Shown here piece after piece: positions 9,891 to 18,467 of a DNA stretch of 64,000 nt. Source of the stretch: an uncultured Spirochaetales bacterium (GTDB lineage Bacteria; Spirochaetota; Spirochaetia; Sphaerochaetales; Sphaerochaetaceae); contig CASFZR010000002.1 of the NCBI GenBank assembly GCA_949299185.1, positions 4,514 through 68,513 on the forward strand, in the 5' to 3' direction. The notes beneath the pieces are model-generated. The model was not told where the DNA came from and searched no databases. It was given only the letters and a program-made list of their open reading frames with translations. The translations under genes were made by a program, and so were the position numbers. The stretch's first letter is position 1. Each line of letters begins with the position of its first letter.

Positions 9891-9902
9891 TTCCTTTATA
9901 TA
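9874..9902 (+). promoter_or_regulatory. Sigma70-like promoter for the AAA/DUF4143 gene
   Basis: TTGTCA (9874-9879), 17-nt spacer, TATATA (9897-9902). The ATG at 9921 is preceded by AGAGG. Confidence 0.5.
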
Positions 9903-9920
9903 TGGATATATAGAGGCAAT

Positions 9921-11243
9921 ATGCAGAGATTACTGTTCCAAGAGTTAGTGAAATGGAAGAAAAAGCCTAATAGAAAGCCCTTGATACTAGAAGGTGCGAG
10001 ACAGACTGGAAAGACCTGGCTACTTAAGGAGCTTGGCCGCAGAGAGTATAAAGAGACACATTACCTGCTCTTTGACAACAACCCGATCCTTAAGAGAGTA
10101 TTCAGCAATCCTTCTGATGTCCCCGGCATAATGCGGATGCTGGCAGCCATTCTCGGTTCTACAGGAAAGCCAGAAGAGACGCTCTTCATATTCGATGAGA
10201 TCCAGGAATGTCCGGAGGCCATGACCAGCCTGAAGTATTTTCAGGAGAACGCTCCGGAATACAATATAGTGGCGGCAGGCTCCCTTCTCGGCATAGCAGA
10301 GCATACTGGTTACGCATTCCCGGTAGGCAAGGTAGATTTCCTGACCTTGTATCCGATGACATTCAAGGAATTCCTGATGGCCATGGATAAGGATATCATC
10401 ATAAAGGCTCTGGAAGACCATGATCATGATCTTTTGGATATCCTAAAGGATGAATGTGGCTTTCTCTTACGACAGTATATGTATGTGGGGGGAATGCCGG
10501 AAGCCGTACAGGCATTCGCCACAAGCAACGGAAACGACTATGCAGAGGTAAGAAGGATACAGAAGAGTATCCTGCGCTCATATGAAAATGACTTCTCAAA
10601 GCACATCTCCGATGAGACAGAGCTTAAACGGGTAGAGACAGTGTGGTCAGCAATCCCTAAGCAGCTTGCAAAGGAAAACAAGAAATTCATCTTCTCCGCG
10701 CTGCAGGGAAGCAGGAGAGCAGTGGATTACGAGAAGGCCTTAGGGTGGCTAACGAAAGCAGGATTGATCTACATGGAGAAGAGGCTCCGTACGCAAAGGA
10801 TCCCGACATCTGCATATGAGGATGATTCGATATTCAAGATATATATGCTTGATATCGGTCTCCTTGCAGCGCAGTCACGGCTACGGCATGAGTCGATAAT
10901 CTCAGATACCGATGTGCTGATAGAATTCAAGGGGGCGCTTGCTGAGCAGTATGCTTACCAGGAACTTATACAGCAAGAGGGCCTCAACCTGCACTACTAT
11001 ACGAACGACAATAGCACAGGAGAAGTCGAATTCATAATCGATGATGGCCTCAGTATCGTTCCGCTCGATATCAAGTCCGGAACGAACGTCCACGCAAAGA
11101 GCCTGAAGGCATATATGGCCAGGTATATTCCTAAGCTTGCGCTAAGGGCATCGATGCGTGGCTATGAGGAGCAGGATGGCCTGATAAGCCTTCCCCTCTA
11201 TGAACTCAGCGATGTCTCAAGGATCATCAGGGAAAGGCTTTGA
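9921..11243 (+). CDS. AAA+ ATPase of the AAA_14/DUF4143 family (function unknown)
   Basis: 440 aa. Walker A LILEGARQTGKTWL and Walker B LFIFDEIQ. The C-terminal region is typical of DUF4143 proteins. Confidence 0.8.
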   Translation: MQRLLFQELVKWKKKPNRKPLILEGARQTGKTWLLKELGRREYKETHYLLFDNNPILKRVFSNPSDVPGIMRMLAAILGSTGKPEETLFIFDEIQECPEAMTSLKYFQENAPEYNIVAAGSLLGIAEHTGYAFPVGKVDFLTLYPMTFKEFLMAMDKDIIIKALEDHDHDLLDILKDECGFLLRQYMYVGGMPEAVQAFATSNGNDYAEVRRIQKSILRSYENDFSKHISDETELKRVETVWSAIPKQLAKENKKFIFSALQGSRRAVDYEKALGWLTKAGLIYMEKRLRTQRIPTSAYEDDSIFKIYMLDIGLLAAQSRLRHESIISDTDVLIEFKGALAEQYAYQELIQQEGLNLHYYTNDNSTGEVEFIIDDGLSIVPLDIKSGTNVHAKSLKAYMARYIPKLALRASMRGYEEQDGLISLPLYELSDVSRIIRERL

Positions 11244-11251
11244 GCAAGATG

Positions 11252-11273
11252 AGGGTGGCCTTCCGACCACCCT
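11252..11273. terminator. Hairpin between the convergent AAA-ATPase and putP genes
   Basis: AGGGTGG / 8-nt loop / CCACCCT (7-bp stem), between stop codons at 11241-11243 and 11281-11283. No clear U-tract on either side. Confidence 0.4.
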
Positions 11274-11280
11274 GTATCAA

Positions 11281-12843
11281 TCAGCACTCGAATGTCTTTG
11301 CGCTCTCGAACTCGTCGAGTATCGCCTTGTCAGGCTCAGGAGTGACGAGAGAGACAACAACGATGAAGACGGAGGAGATGAGGAAGGCAGGCAGAAGCTC
11401 GTAGATCCCGAAGATCCCTCCCATCGGCTTGATGAGGAAGTTCCAGACGAAGACCATGATGCCGCCAGCGAGCATACCGGCGATCGCGCCTTCCCTGGTC
11501 GTCCTCTTCCAGAAGAGGGAGAAGAGCATCAGCGGCCCGAATGTCGCGCCGAAGCCTGCCCACGCGAAGCTCACGATCGTGAATATGATGCTGTCCTCAT
11601 CGAGGGCGATGAGCGCTCCGATAAGGGCTATCACGATAAGGGTAACCCTGGAGACTACCATGACCTGCTTGTCATTGGCCTTGGTATGGAACACGCCCTG
11701 AAAGAGGTTCTTGGAGAACGCCGACGCGGCAATCAGGAGGTAGGAATCAGAGCTGCTTATCGTAGCGGCGAGGATACCCGCCATCACGAGGCCAGCGAAG
11801 AGCGGGTGCATCAGGATGCTGGCAAGATAGGAAAAGATATTCTCCGCATCGGACGCGGTGTTGAACGCTACCGGGTCAAAGGCTCTTCCGACAAGACCGA
11901 TCGTCACAGCCGACAGGAGGGAGATAAGCACCCAGACGGTGGCCACGCGGCGGCTCTTGGTAAGCTCATCGGACTTCCTGATGGCCATGAAGCGCAGCAG
12001 GACCTGCGGCATGCCGAAGTAGCCCAGTCCCCACGCAAGCATCGACGCAACGGAGAGAAGCGGGTACGGAGAGGCGTCATTGAAGACCGGAGCGCCATTG
12101 GAGACGATCTGCTCCCCCGCCTCATTGAGCGCCGGTGATGCGATGTTGAAGAACTCTAGGAAGCCGGGGATGTTCCTGATGTTATCGAAGACCTGCCCTA
12201 TGCCACCAGCAGCGGCAGTACCGGAGACAAGCACGACGACGAGAGCGAAGACCATTATGATCGCCTGCATGAAATCGCTGACGCTCTCCGCGAGGAAGCC
12301 TCCAAGGAAGGTGTAGATCACGACGAACGCGACTCCGCAGAGCATCATGAGCCTGTAATCGGCACCGAATATCGAGGAGAAGAGCTTGCCGCAGGTCACG
12401 AAGCAGCTTGCCGCGTAGACGCAGAAGAACACCAGGATGAAGAGCGAGGAGATCGTGAGGATGACCTTCCTCTTCTCATGGAACCTGTTGCTGAAGAACT
12501 CGGGAATCGTTATGGAGTTGCCTGCTACATGCGAGTAGCGCCTCAGCCTCTTGGCCACCAGAAGCCAGTTCACGTATGTTCCGATCGCAAGGCCGATCGC
12601 GGTCCAGAACGCATCGGCGAGCCCTGTCCAGTAAGCCAGTCCCGGCAGTCCCATCAGAAGCCATCCGGACATATCGGAGGCCTCCGCGCTGAACGCGGCA
12701 ACCCACGGGCCGAGGGAACGGCCACCAAGATAGTAGTTATCGCTGTTCTGGTTTGCCCTCTTAGCGAAATAAACGCCGATGCCGATCACGACGCTCATAT
12801 AGAGAACCATCGAGATAAGCATCTGTGCTGAGGATGTACTCAT
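11281..12843 (-). CDS. putP: Sodium/proline symporter (SSS family)
   Basis: Start trimmed to MSTSSAQ (ATG 12843, RBS GGAGGA). LGGRSLGPWVAAFSAEASDMSGWLLMGLPG closely matches PutP. Confidence 0.9.
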   Translation of the reverse strand: MSTSSAQMLISMVLYMSVVIGIGVYFAKRANQNSDNYYLGGRSLGPWVAAFSAEASDMSGWLLMGLPGLAYWTGLADAFWTAIGLAIGTYVNWLLVAKRLRRYSHVAGNSITIPEFFSNRFHEKRKVILTISSLFILVFFCVYAASCFVTCGKLFSSIFGADYRLMMLCGVAFVVIYTFLGGFLAESVSDFMQAIIMVFALVVVLVSGTAAAGGIGQVFDNIRNIPGFLEFFNIASPALNEAGEQIVSNGAPVFNDASPYPLLSVASMLAWGLGYFGMPQVLLRFMAIRKSDELTKSRRVATVWVLISLLSAVTIGLVGRAFDPVAFNTASDAENIFSYLASILMHPLFAGLVMAGILAATISSSDSYLLIAASAFSKNLFQGVFHTKANDKQVMVVSRVTLIVIALIGALIALDEDSIIFTIVSFAWAGFGATFGPLMLFSLFWKRTTREGAIAGMLAGGIMVFVWNFLIKPMGGIFGIYELLPAFLISSVFIVVVSLVTPEPDKAILDEFESAKTFEC

Positions 12844-12994
12844 ATCTTCCTCCAAAGAAGCGTAATTTCCATCCAGTGTACACAACAAACGGAATCAATG
12901 CAAAGAAAAGACAACCGGCCTTGCATTTTAATCGTATTTTCTCAAGGCAGGGACAGAAGAAGCGATTGTCATGTTAAGGGAATGGGCTATCTCT

Positions 12995-14179
12995 CTACCT
13001 GTATCGTTCCTCCTTCGTCTCATGCAGGTAATATGCGATCTGGACGGAGGCGAGCAGCACGAGCATGATGATGAGCATCAGCCATACCGCACTGTATCCC
13101 GCCCTCTCATAGATGACTCCGCCAAGGGCCGTTCCAACCACGGAACCCAGGTTAATGACGCCTTCATGTATACGCATCGTCCGGACCTTATCTCCGATTC
13201 CGCATGCGCTGTGGAACGAGCTGAACGAGGCACAGAGCGAGAAGACCAGGCCATAGATCAGGATGGAGATGGCGATCACGGCTATTGAGCGGGATGCAGA
13301 CAGCACGATCATGAGAATGGCGATCAGCGCCTCCGCTCCGAGGATCCTGCTGAACCTCAGCTGCCACCAGGACGTGTGCGAGAGGAAGAAGAAGGAGGCA
13401 CAGGCCGCCATCCCCCTCAGGAACAATATCGTGCCGCTCATCTGGTCGGAAACCCCAAGGATATCCTTCGCGAACATCGGGAAGATATTAAGGAGTATCG
13501 CCTGTACCGCGTAGGCCATGAACGCGACGCTCCATGATATAACGCGTATGGCAAGCACCCTCCTTGAAGCCGCTCCTATCGTCGGGTCGATCGACTTCTC
13601 ATCAGATGAGGGCCTGGCAGGGCGGCAGAAGCGCGCGAGGATCGAGGTAGTCAGCCATAGCATGACGAATACCGCGATACCGATGATGAATACATTGCGG
13701 GGATCCATGCTCACGATCCAGGTCGTGATCAGCGGAGAAAGCCCCACGCCAAGGCTCCATGAGAGGTTGAACGAGCCGAGGATGCCGTTTATCGAACGCT
13801 CATCGGCAGAATCCATCAGCCAGGCCTCGAGAGGCGCCCATAGGAGGCTCATGAAGAGACCATAGAGAGCGAGGCAGAGGAAGATAAGCCAGATCGCCTC
13901 AGCCTGCAGCAGCGCAAGGATCGCGAGGGACATCCCCAGGAATGACGCGCCGATCAGCACATGCCCGGAGAAACGGGCGTATATCGGATACAGGAACATG
14001 CATCCCAGGAAGAATGCCAGGGTATATGTGCTGGCGGCAAGCCCGACGATCCCCGATGGAATACCATTCGAATACCTCAGATAGTACACCAGGGCGAGGT
14101 TGATCATGTATATCACGCCTTGCCCTAGCAATGACACGGCATCTAGGACAAGAACCTTCGCAGAATCCCTTGAGATCAT
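12995..14179 (-). CDS. MFS transporter
   Basis: 394 aa, about 12 hydrophobic segments in a 6+6 layout. Substrate unknown. Confidence 0.7.
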   Translation of the reverse strand: MISRDSAKVLVLDAVSLLGQGVIYMINLALVYYLRYSNGIPSGIVGLAASTYTLAFFLGCMFLYPIYARFSGHVLIGASFLGMSLAILALLQAEAIWLIFLCLALYGLFMSLLWAPLEAWLMDSADERSINGILGSFNLSWSLGVGLSPLITTWIVSMDPRNVFIIGIAVFVMLWLTTSILARFCRPARPSSDEKSIDPTIGAASRRVLAIRVISWSVAFMAYAVQAILLNIFPMFAKDILGVSDQMSGTILFLRGMAACASFFFLSHTSWWQLRFSRILGAEALIAILMIVLSASRSIAVIAISILIYGLVFSLCASFSSFHSACGIGDKVRTMRIHEGVINLGSVVGTALGGVIYERAGYSAVWLMLIIMLVLLASVQIAYYLHETKEERYR

Positions 14180-14191
14180 ATCCGGCCTGGA

Positions 14192-15286
14192 TTACTTCCT
14201 GCTTTCAAGGAACGACATGAACATCTGCCAGTCATAGAGCGTCAGGTCATGCACTCCTGGCCGCAGATGATAGCCTACCCTATCGCCCGTGACCTGCAGG
14301 CAAGGCCGTGGCTGCACATCGCTCTCAAGCCCCTTGAGCCCGTAGTAGCCATAGGCCTCTCCCGCAAGATAGGCAGAGGCGTACTCGGCCTTCGGATCAG
14401 CCCAGTCATCCATGGATGCGCTGGCGACATAGAGGCAGCGCGGAGCTATGAGGGAAAGAAGCTCATGCTGATCGCATCTGAGCGCGGCCTCGTTGCCATC
14501 ATATTTCCTATATGCCTTGCAGAACCAATACGGGAAGACCTCGTTGATCTGCCTTATCGTCTCCCCATCCTTATAAAGTGAGAGCGCGGCGCCCGTGCAG
14601 CCAGAGCAGCTGGAGTACACGGCATTGAAGCGCTCATCGCAGGCCGCGGCATAAAGCGCGGTCTTGCCGCCTCTTGACTGACCAACCACGGCAACGCGGC
14701 TCTTGTCGAGGCGCGCGTCCGTCTCTATATGATCCATCACCCTCATAGCGCCCCAGGCCCAGGCCGCGATCGTTCCCCAGGCATGATCGCCGGAGAGCGA
14801 GAACGCCTGCTGGACGCCATTCACCGAGCCATCATCCCTGTCGGTATCGAGATCCTCGACCCAGTAGGAGACAGCGGCATAACCATGGCTAGTGAGATAT
14901 TCGACTGGGAAGAAGTCGGTATGTATCTGACGCGAGAGGTCGATGTTCTCCGCCTTGCTCCTGTTGCAGATGAGCAGCATCACAGGCACGGGCCTATCTG
15001 AACGGGGGATGAACATATAGAACGGAAAGGAGAAGGTTCCCCTATCCCCGGAGAATGAAGCCTCCAGGACCTCGGTCGTGACATCATCGGAGAAGACAGA
15101 ACGCTCTGATGATACGACGCGGAACGAGAGATCTTCCGGGCGGTCAGGGAAGTTCCCGTATACCTCGTCCTTGAAGAAGCCGAGGATCTCAGGCCTCCTC
15201 TTACCCTCCCACTGCTCCTTGGTGGCTATCCTGGTTCCGTCAAAGGCCACGCCGATCTTCGGTAGCCTATCGTCTATAGTCTTCAT
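14192..15286 (-). CDS. CE15-like glucuronoyl esterase (alpha/beta hydrolase), no signal peptide
   Basis: Start trimmed to MKTIDDRL (ATG 15286, RBS GAGGAGGAAGG). VGQSRGGKTALY resembles the CE15 nucleophile motif G-C-S-R-x-G-K. Confidence 0.6.
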   Translation of the reverse strand: MKTIDDRLPKIGVAFDGTRIATKEQWEGKRRPEILGFFKDEVYGNFPDRPEDLSFRVVSSERSVFSDDVTTEVLEASFSGDRGTFSFPFYMFIPRSDRPVPVMLLICNRSKAENIDLSRQIHTDFFPVEYLTSHGYAAVSYWVEDLDTDRDDGSVNGVQQAFSLSGDHAWGTIAAWAWGAMRVMDHIETDARLDKSRVAVVGQSRGGKTALYAAACDERFNAVYSSCSGCTGAALSLYKDGETIRQINEVFPYWFCKAYRKYDGNEAALRCDQHELLSLIAPRCLYVASASMDDWADPKAEYASAYLAGEAYGYYGLKGLESDVQPRPCLQVTGDRVGYHLRPGVHDLTLYDWQMFMSFLESRK

Positions 15287-15297
15287 CCTTCCTCCTC

Positions 15298-16143
15298 TCA
15301 GCCCTTCACCGCACCATTGGTGAGGCCGCTGATGATGTGCTTCTGAGCGAATATGTACACGAGCATTATAGGCAGTATCGACATGAGGAACGTGGTGAAC
15401 GCCAGCGTGTAATCCGTCGTGTACGCAGTCTTGAACGAGTGCTGGAACAGCGTGATCGTGTGAAGCTTGTAAGAACGATTGAGGACAAGGAGCGGCATGA
15501 AGAAGTCGTTCCATATCCAGAGCGAGTTCTTGATCAGCACCGTGGCGGTTATCGGACGCAGCAGCGGATACACGATCATCCAGAAGGTCTTGTTCGTGCT
15601 TGCTCCGTCGATATACGCGGCCTCCTCCATCGAGGTCGGCATCGAGGCCATGTACCCGACATAAAGGTACGTTCCCTCACAGACGGAGGTGGCGACATAG
15701 AGGACTATTATTCCCGGTATGTTCATCAGCCCCAGCGCGTTGACGAGCTTCATCAGCGGCAGCATCCTGACCTGGAACGGCACGAATATGCCGCAGACGA
15801 TGATGAAGTAGATGACCTTGAAGATCCGCTTCTCCCTCATGCCTCGCGAAAGCGGATAGGCAAGCATCGGCAGGAGTATCGACATGATTGCTACAGCGAT
15901 GCCGGTTATGATGATGGAGTTGCCGATGGCATAGTAATAATCAGGCTTGGAGAGGACCTTCATGAAGTTCCCCAGATAGAAGCTCTTAGGGAAGGAGAAG
16001 AAGTTTCCCAGGATCTCAGACGAGGTCTTGAACGGCGTGATGACCGTCAGGTAGAACGGCAGCGCTATGATAAGTATTCCGACTGCCAGGATGGCGTAGA
16101 CATACCATCTGGCACGGTTTATATAAGATCCTTTCTGCTTCAT
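15298..16143 (-). CDS. CUT1 sugar ABC transporter permease (MalG-like)
   Basis: 281 aa, 6 TM. EAA loop MEEAAYIDGASTNKTFWMIVYPLLRP. Confidence 0.9.
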   Translation of the reverse strand: MKQKGSYINRARWYVYAILAVGILIIALPFYLTVITPFKTSSEILGNFFSFPKSFYLGNFMKVLSKPDYYYAIGNSIIITGIAVAIMSILLPMLAYPLSRGMREKRIFKVIYFIIVCGIFVPFQVRMLPLMKLVNALGLMNIPGIIVLYVATSVCEGTYLYVGYMASMPTSMEEAAYIDGASTNKTFWMIVYPLLRPITATVLIKNSLWIWNDFFMPLLVLNRSYKLHTITLFQHSFKTAYTTDYTLAFTTFLMSILPIMLVYIFAQKHIISGLTNGAVKG

Positions 16144-16146
16144 CTC

Positions 16147-17034
16147 TCAGTCCTCTATGCTTTTCCTGTTTATAACGATCATCTGGAACGCCGATACTGC
16201 TATCAGCACCACCGATATCATCAGGGCCTCGGCGATCGCGAAGCTGAACTTCATCTCCTCGAAGCCCTGCCTGTAAACGAGCATGACTATGCTTGTCGTG
16301 GCTCCGCCCGGGCCGCCATCGGTAAGGCCCACGATGTAATCGAAGACCATCAGTCCGTCTCTCAGGACAAGGACAAGCACGACGCTGACGACAGGAAGGA
16401 GGTACGGTATCGTGATCTTCCAGAACTGCTGCCACTTCGAGGCGCCATCGATAAGGCTGGACTCCAGGATCTCCCCCGGAATCGTCTGAAGCCCAGCCAG
16501 GAAAAGCACTGTCGGTATGGCCACGCCCTGCCACACGTGGACGAAGAGTATTCCGTATATCGCGGTGGATGGCGAGGAGAGGACGCTCTTCTGCAATGCC
16601 GCGATACCAAGGAGATCTCCGACGGCGGGAATGGCGCGGAAGTATATCTCATTGAATATGAGGCTCGCCGTAAGCATGCTGACCACCGCGGGGAAGAAAT
16701 ACACGGAACGTATGAATCCCCTCGCCTTCAGATCCTTGTTCAGCAGGAGCGCAAGCACCATGCTTATGACGATGATGGAGATTATCAGAAGGACGCTATA
16801 GCGAAGATTGAAGAGTATGGCGTTCGTGAACCTGTCATCGGTAAGAGCGTCGATATAGTTTCCAAGGCCTATGAAGTCCCTCTTCTTCGAAAACCCGTTC
16901 CAGTCGAACGTGGAGTAGTAGATACCCAGTATCAACGGAGTCACGAAGAGGCACAGGTATAGTACGAAGCCTGGGATGATATACAGTGCGTATGTGATGT
17001 ATTTCTCTCTGTTCTTTACTGATTTTCCTAGCAT
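16147..17034 (-). CDS. CUT1 sugar ABC transporter permease (MalF-like)
   Basis: 295 aa. EAA-type loop ILESSLIDGASKWQQFWKITIPYLLP. Confidence 0.9.
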   Translation of the reverse strand: MLGKSVKNREKYITYALYIIPGFVLYLCLFVTPLILGIYYSTFDWNGFSKKRDFIGLGNYIDALTDDRFTNAILFNLRYSVLLIISIIVISMVLALLLNKDLKARGFIRSVYFFPAVVSMLTASLIFNEIYFRAIPAVGDLLGIAALQKSVLSSPSTAIYGILFVHVWQGVAIPTVLFLAGLQTIPGEILESSLIDGASKWQQFWKITIPYLLPVVSVVLVLVLRDGLMVFDYIVGLTDGGPGGATTSIVMLVYRQGFEEMKFSFAIAEALMISVVLIAVSAFQMIVINRKSIED

Positions 17035-17056
17035 CTCGATAATCTTCCTGCATATA

Positions 17057-17080
17057 TGCCGCGGCAGAGCCGCCGCGGCA
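17057..17080 (-). other. GC-rich intercistronic hairpin between the SBP and permease genes
   Basis: TGCCGCGGC / AGAGCC / GCCGCGGCA, a 9-bp perfect stem with a 6-nt loop, in the 62-bp gap after the SBP stop. Confidence 0.55.
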
Positions 17081-17096
17081 CGCGATCGATAACCGA

Positions 17097-18338
17097 TCAG
17101 TTATAGTAATCGACCGTCAGCTCATCGCTCTTGGCGAGGAACGCGTCGATGTCATGATCGATGAAGAGCTGCTGTACGGCAACCTGCCAGTCAACCCTGA
17201 AGCCTGCCGGCTGAAGGACGGACGGAAGCATCACCATAGCGCCCTCGGAGAGCATGTCGTTGATCACGCTGAAGCACTCGACGTTGTACTCAGCCTCGAC
17301 GGCCATGTTCGGGGAAAGGTCGGTCTGGAGCCACTTCCCAAGAGCCTCGGAGGAGAGAAGGAACTCGAGGAACCTTCTGGAAGCCTCCTGCTTCTCAGGA
17401 GAAGCGGACGCGGAGATCGCATAGCAGGTATCCGGGCATGTCGAAAGGTATACAGGCCTGCCATCATATGACGGGAACGGAAGCATCTCATAGTCGAACG
17501 TGACATTGGCCTGGTTGATCGTCGTGGCGGCCCAGGTTCCGGAGATGATCATCGCGACCTTGCCATTGACGAAATCTGCAATCGCCTGCTCATGGCTCAT
17601 TCCGAGGTTGTCAGCAGGGCCATACTCGCGCAGCTCGAGAAGCATCTCCGCAAGCTCCCTCATCTCAGGCTCCTTCGTCCATGAGGTCTCTCCGGCACCG
17701 ACAGCCTCGAACTTGGAGATGACATCGACGTTGATGTTTCCATTGATGAGCCTCTCTGCCTGCTGTCCGATCGTATGGGCGTCCTTATCGGAGAAGGCGA
17801 ATGGCTGGATTCCAGCAGCCTCCATCTCCTGGCAAAGCGCGATCAGGCCCTCGTAGGTATCGGGCATCGTCCATCCATGCTCCGCGAACATATCCTTGTT
17901 GTAGTAGATTCCGCTTGGGGAGAGCGTGACAGGGATGGAATAGTTCCTTCCATCAACCTCCGCCATCTCGGCGATGCTCGGCTGCACAAGGTCTAGAAGA
18001 GGATCATCGGTAAGATCGATGAAGAGTCCCTCTCGGAAGAATTCCTCATAGGTGGCGTTGAAGAAGACATAGCAGCACTCAGGAACGGTGTTGGTGGCTA
18101 CCCTGGTAAGGAATACTGTCTGCGCGTCCGCGGTGGATGTCAGCGTCACGTTGATATCAGGATTGGCGGCGTTGAACTCATCGACAAGCTCCTGATAGCA
18201 ATCAACGGCCTCTGGCTTAAGCGAGAAGAACTCTATCTCTACCACTCCATCGGATGATGCGCTCTCGCTGCTTCCGCTACCGAACGCAGCCATGGCGACA
18301 CACGCGAGCATCATCAGAACGATTGAAAATCTTTTCAT
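17097..18338 (-). CDS. ABC transporter extracellular sugar-binding protein (family 1)
   Basis: 413 aa. Signal peptide MKRFSIVLMMLACVAMAAFG. First gene of the operon with the two permeases. Confidence 0.85.
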   Translation of the reverse strand: MKRFSIVLMMLACVAMAAFGSGSSESASSDGVVEIEFFSLKPEAVDCYQELVDEFNAANPDINVTLTSTADAQTVFLTRVATNTVPECCYVFFNATYEEFFREGLFIDLTDDPLLDLVQPSIAEMAEVDGRNYSIPVTLSPSGIYYNKDMFAEHGWTMPDTYEGLIALCQEMEAAGIQPFAFSDKDAHTIGQQAERLINGNINVDVISKFEAVGAGETSWTKEPEMRELAEMLLELREYGPADNLGMSHEQAIADFVNGKVAMIISGTWAATTINQANVTFDYEMLPFPSYDGRPVYLSTCPDTCYAISASASPEKQEASRRFLEFLLSSEALGKWLQTDLSPNMAVEAEYNVECFSVINDMLSEGAMVMLPSVLQPAGFRVDWQVAVQQLFIDHDIDAFLAKSDELTVDYYN

Positions 18339-18467
18339 GTTTCCTCCTTTGTGAAATCAGATCAGATATCCATCTTTTTCTTCGATTCTATAGCGGCTTG
18401 GGCAAACATAAATGGATGATGATAGTATTTCTTGCCATTTCTTAAGATTCAGAGCTACGATCATCCT

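Noticed and set aside
11200-12138. 312-aa plus-strand ORF
   Set aside because: It is antisense to putP. It is highly charged and low-complexity, and it overlaps the end of the AAA gene out of frame.
15337-16962. 541-aa plus-strand ORF
   Set aside because: It is antisense to two well-supported ABC permease genes. Its Arg/Asp/Glu/His-rich, low-complexity composition is typical of the reverse frame of membrane-protein genes. No motifs.
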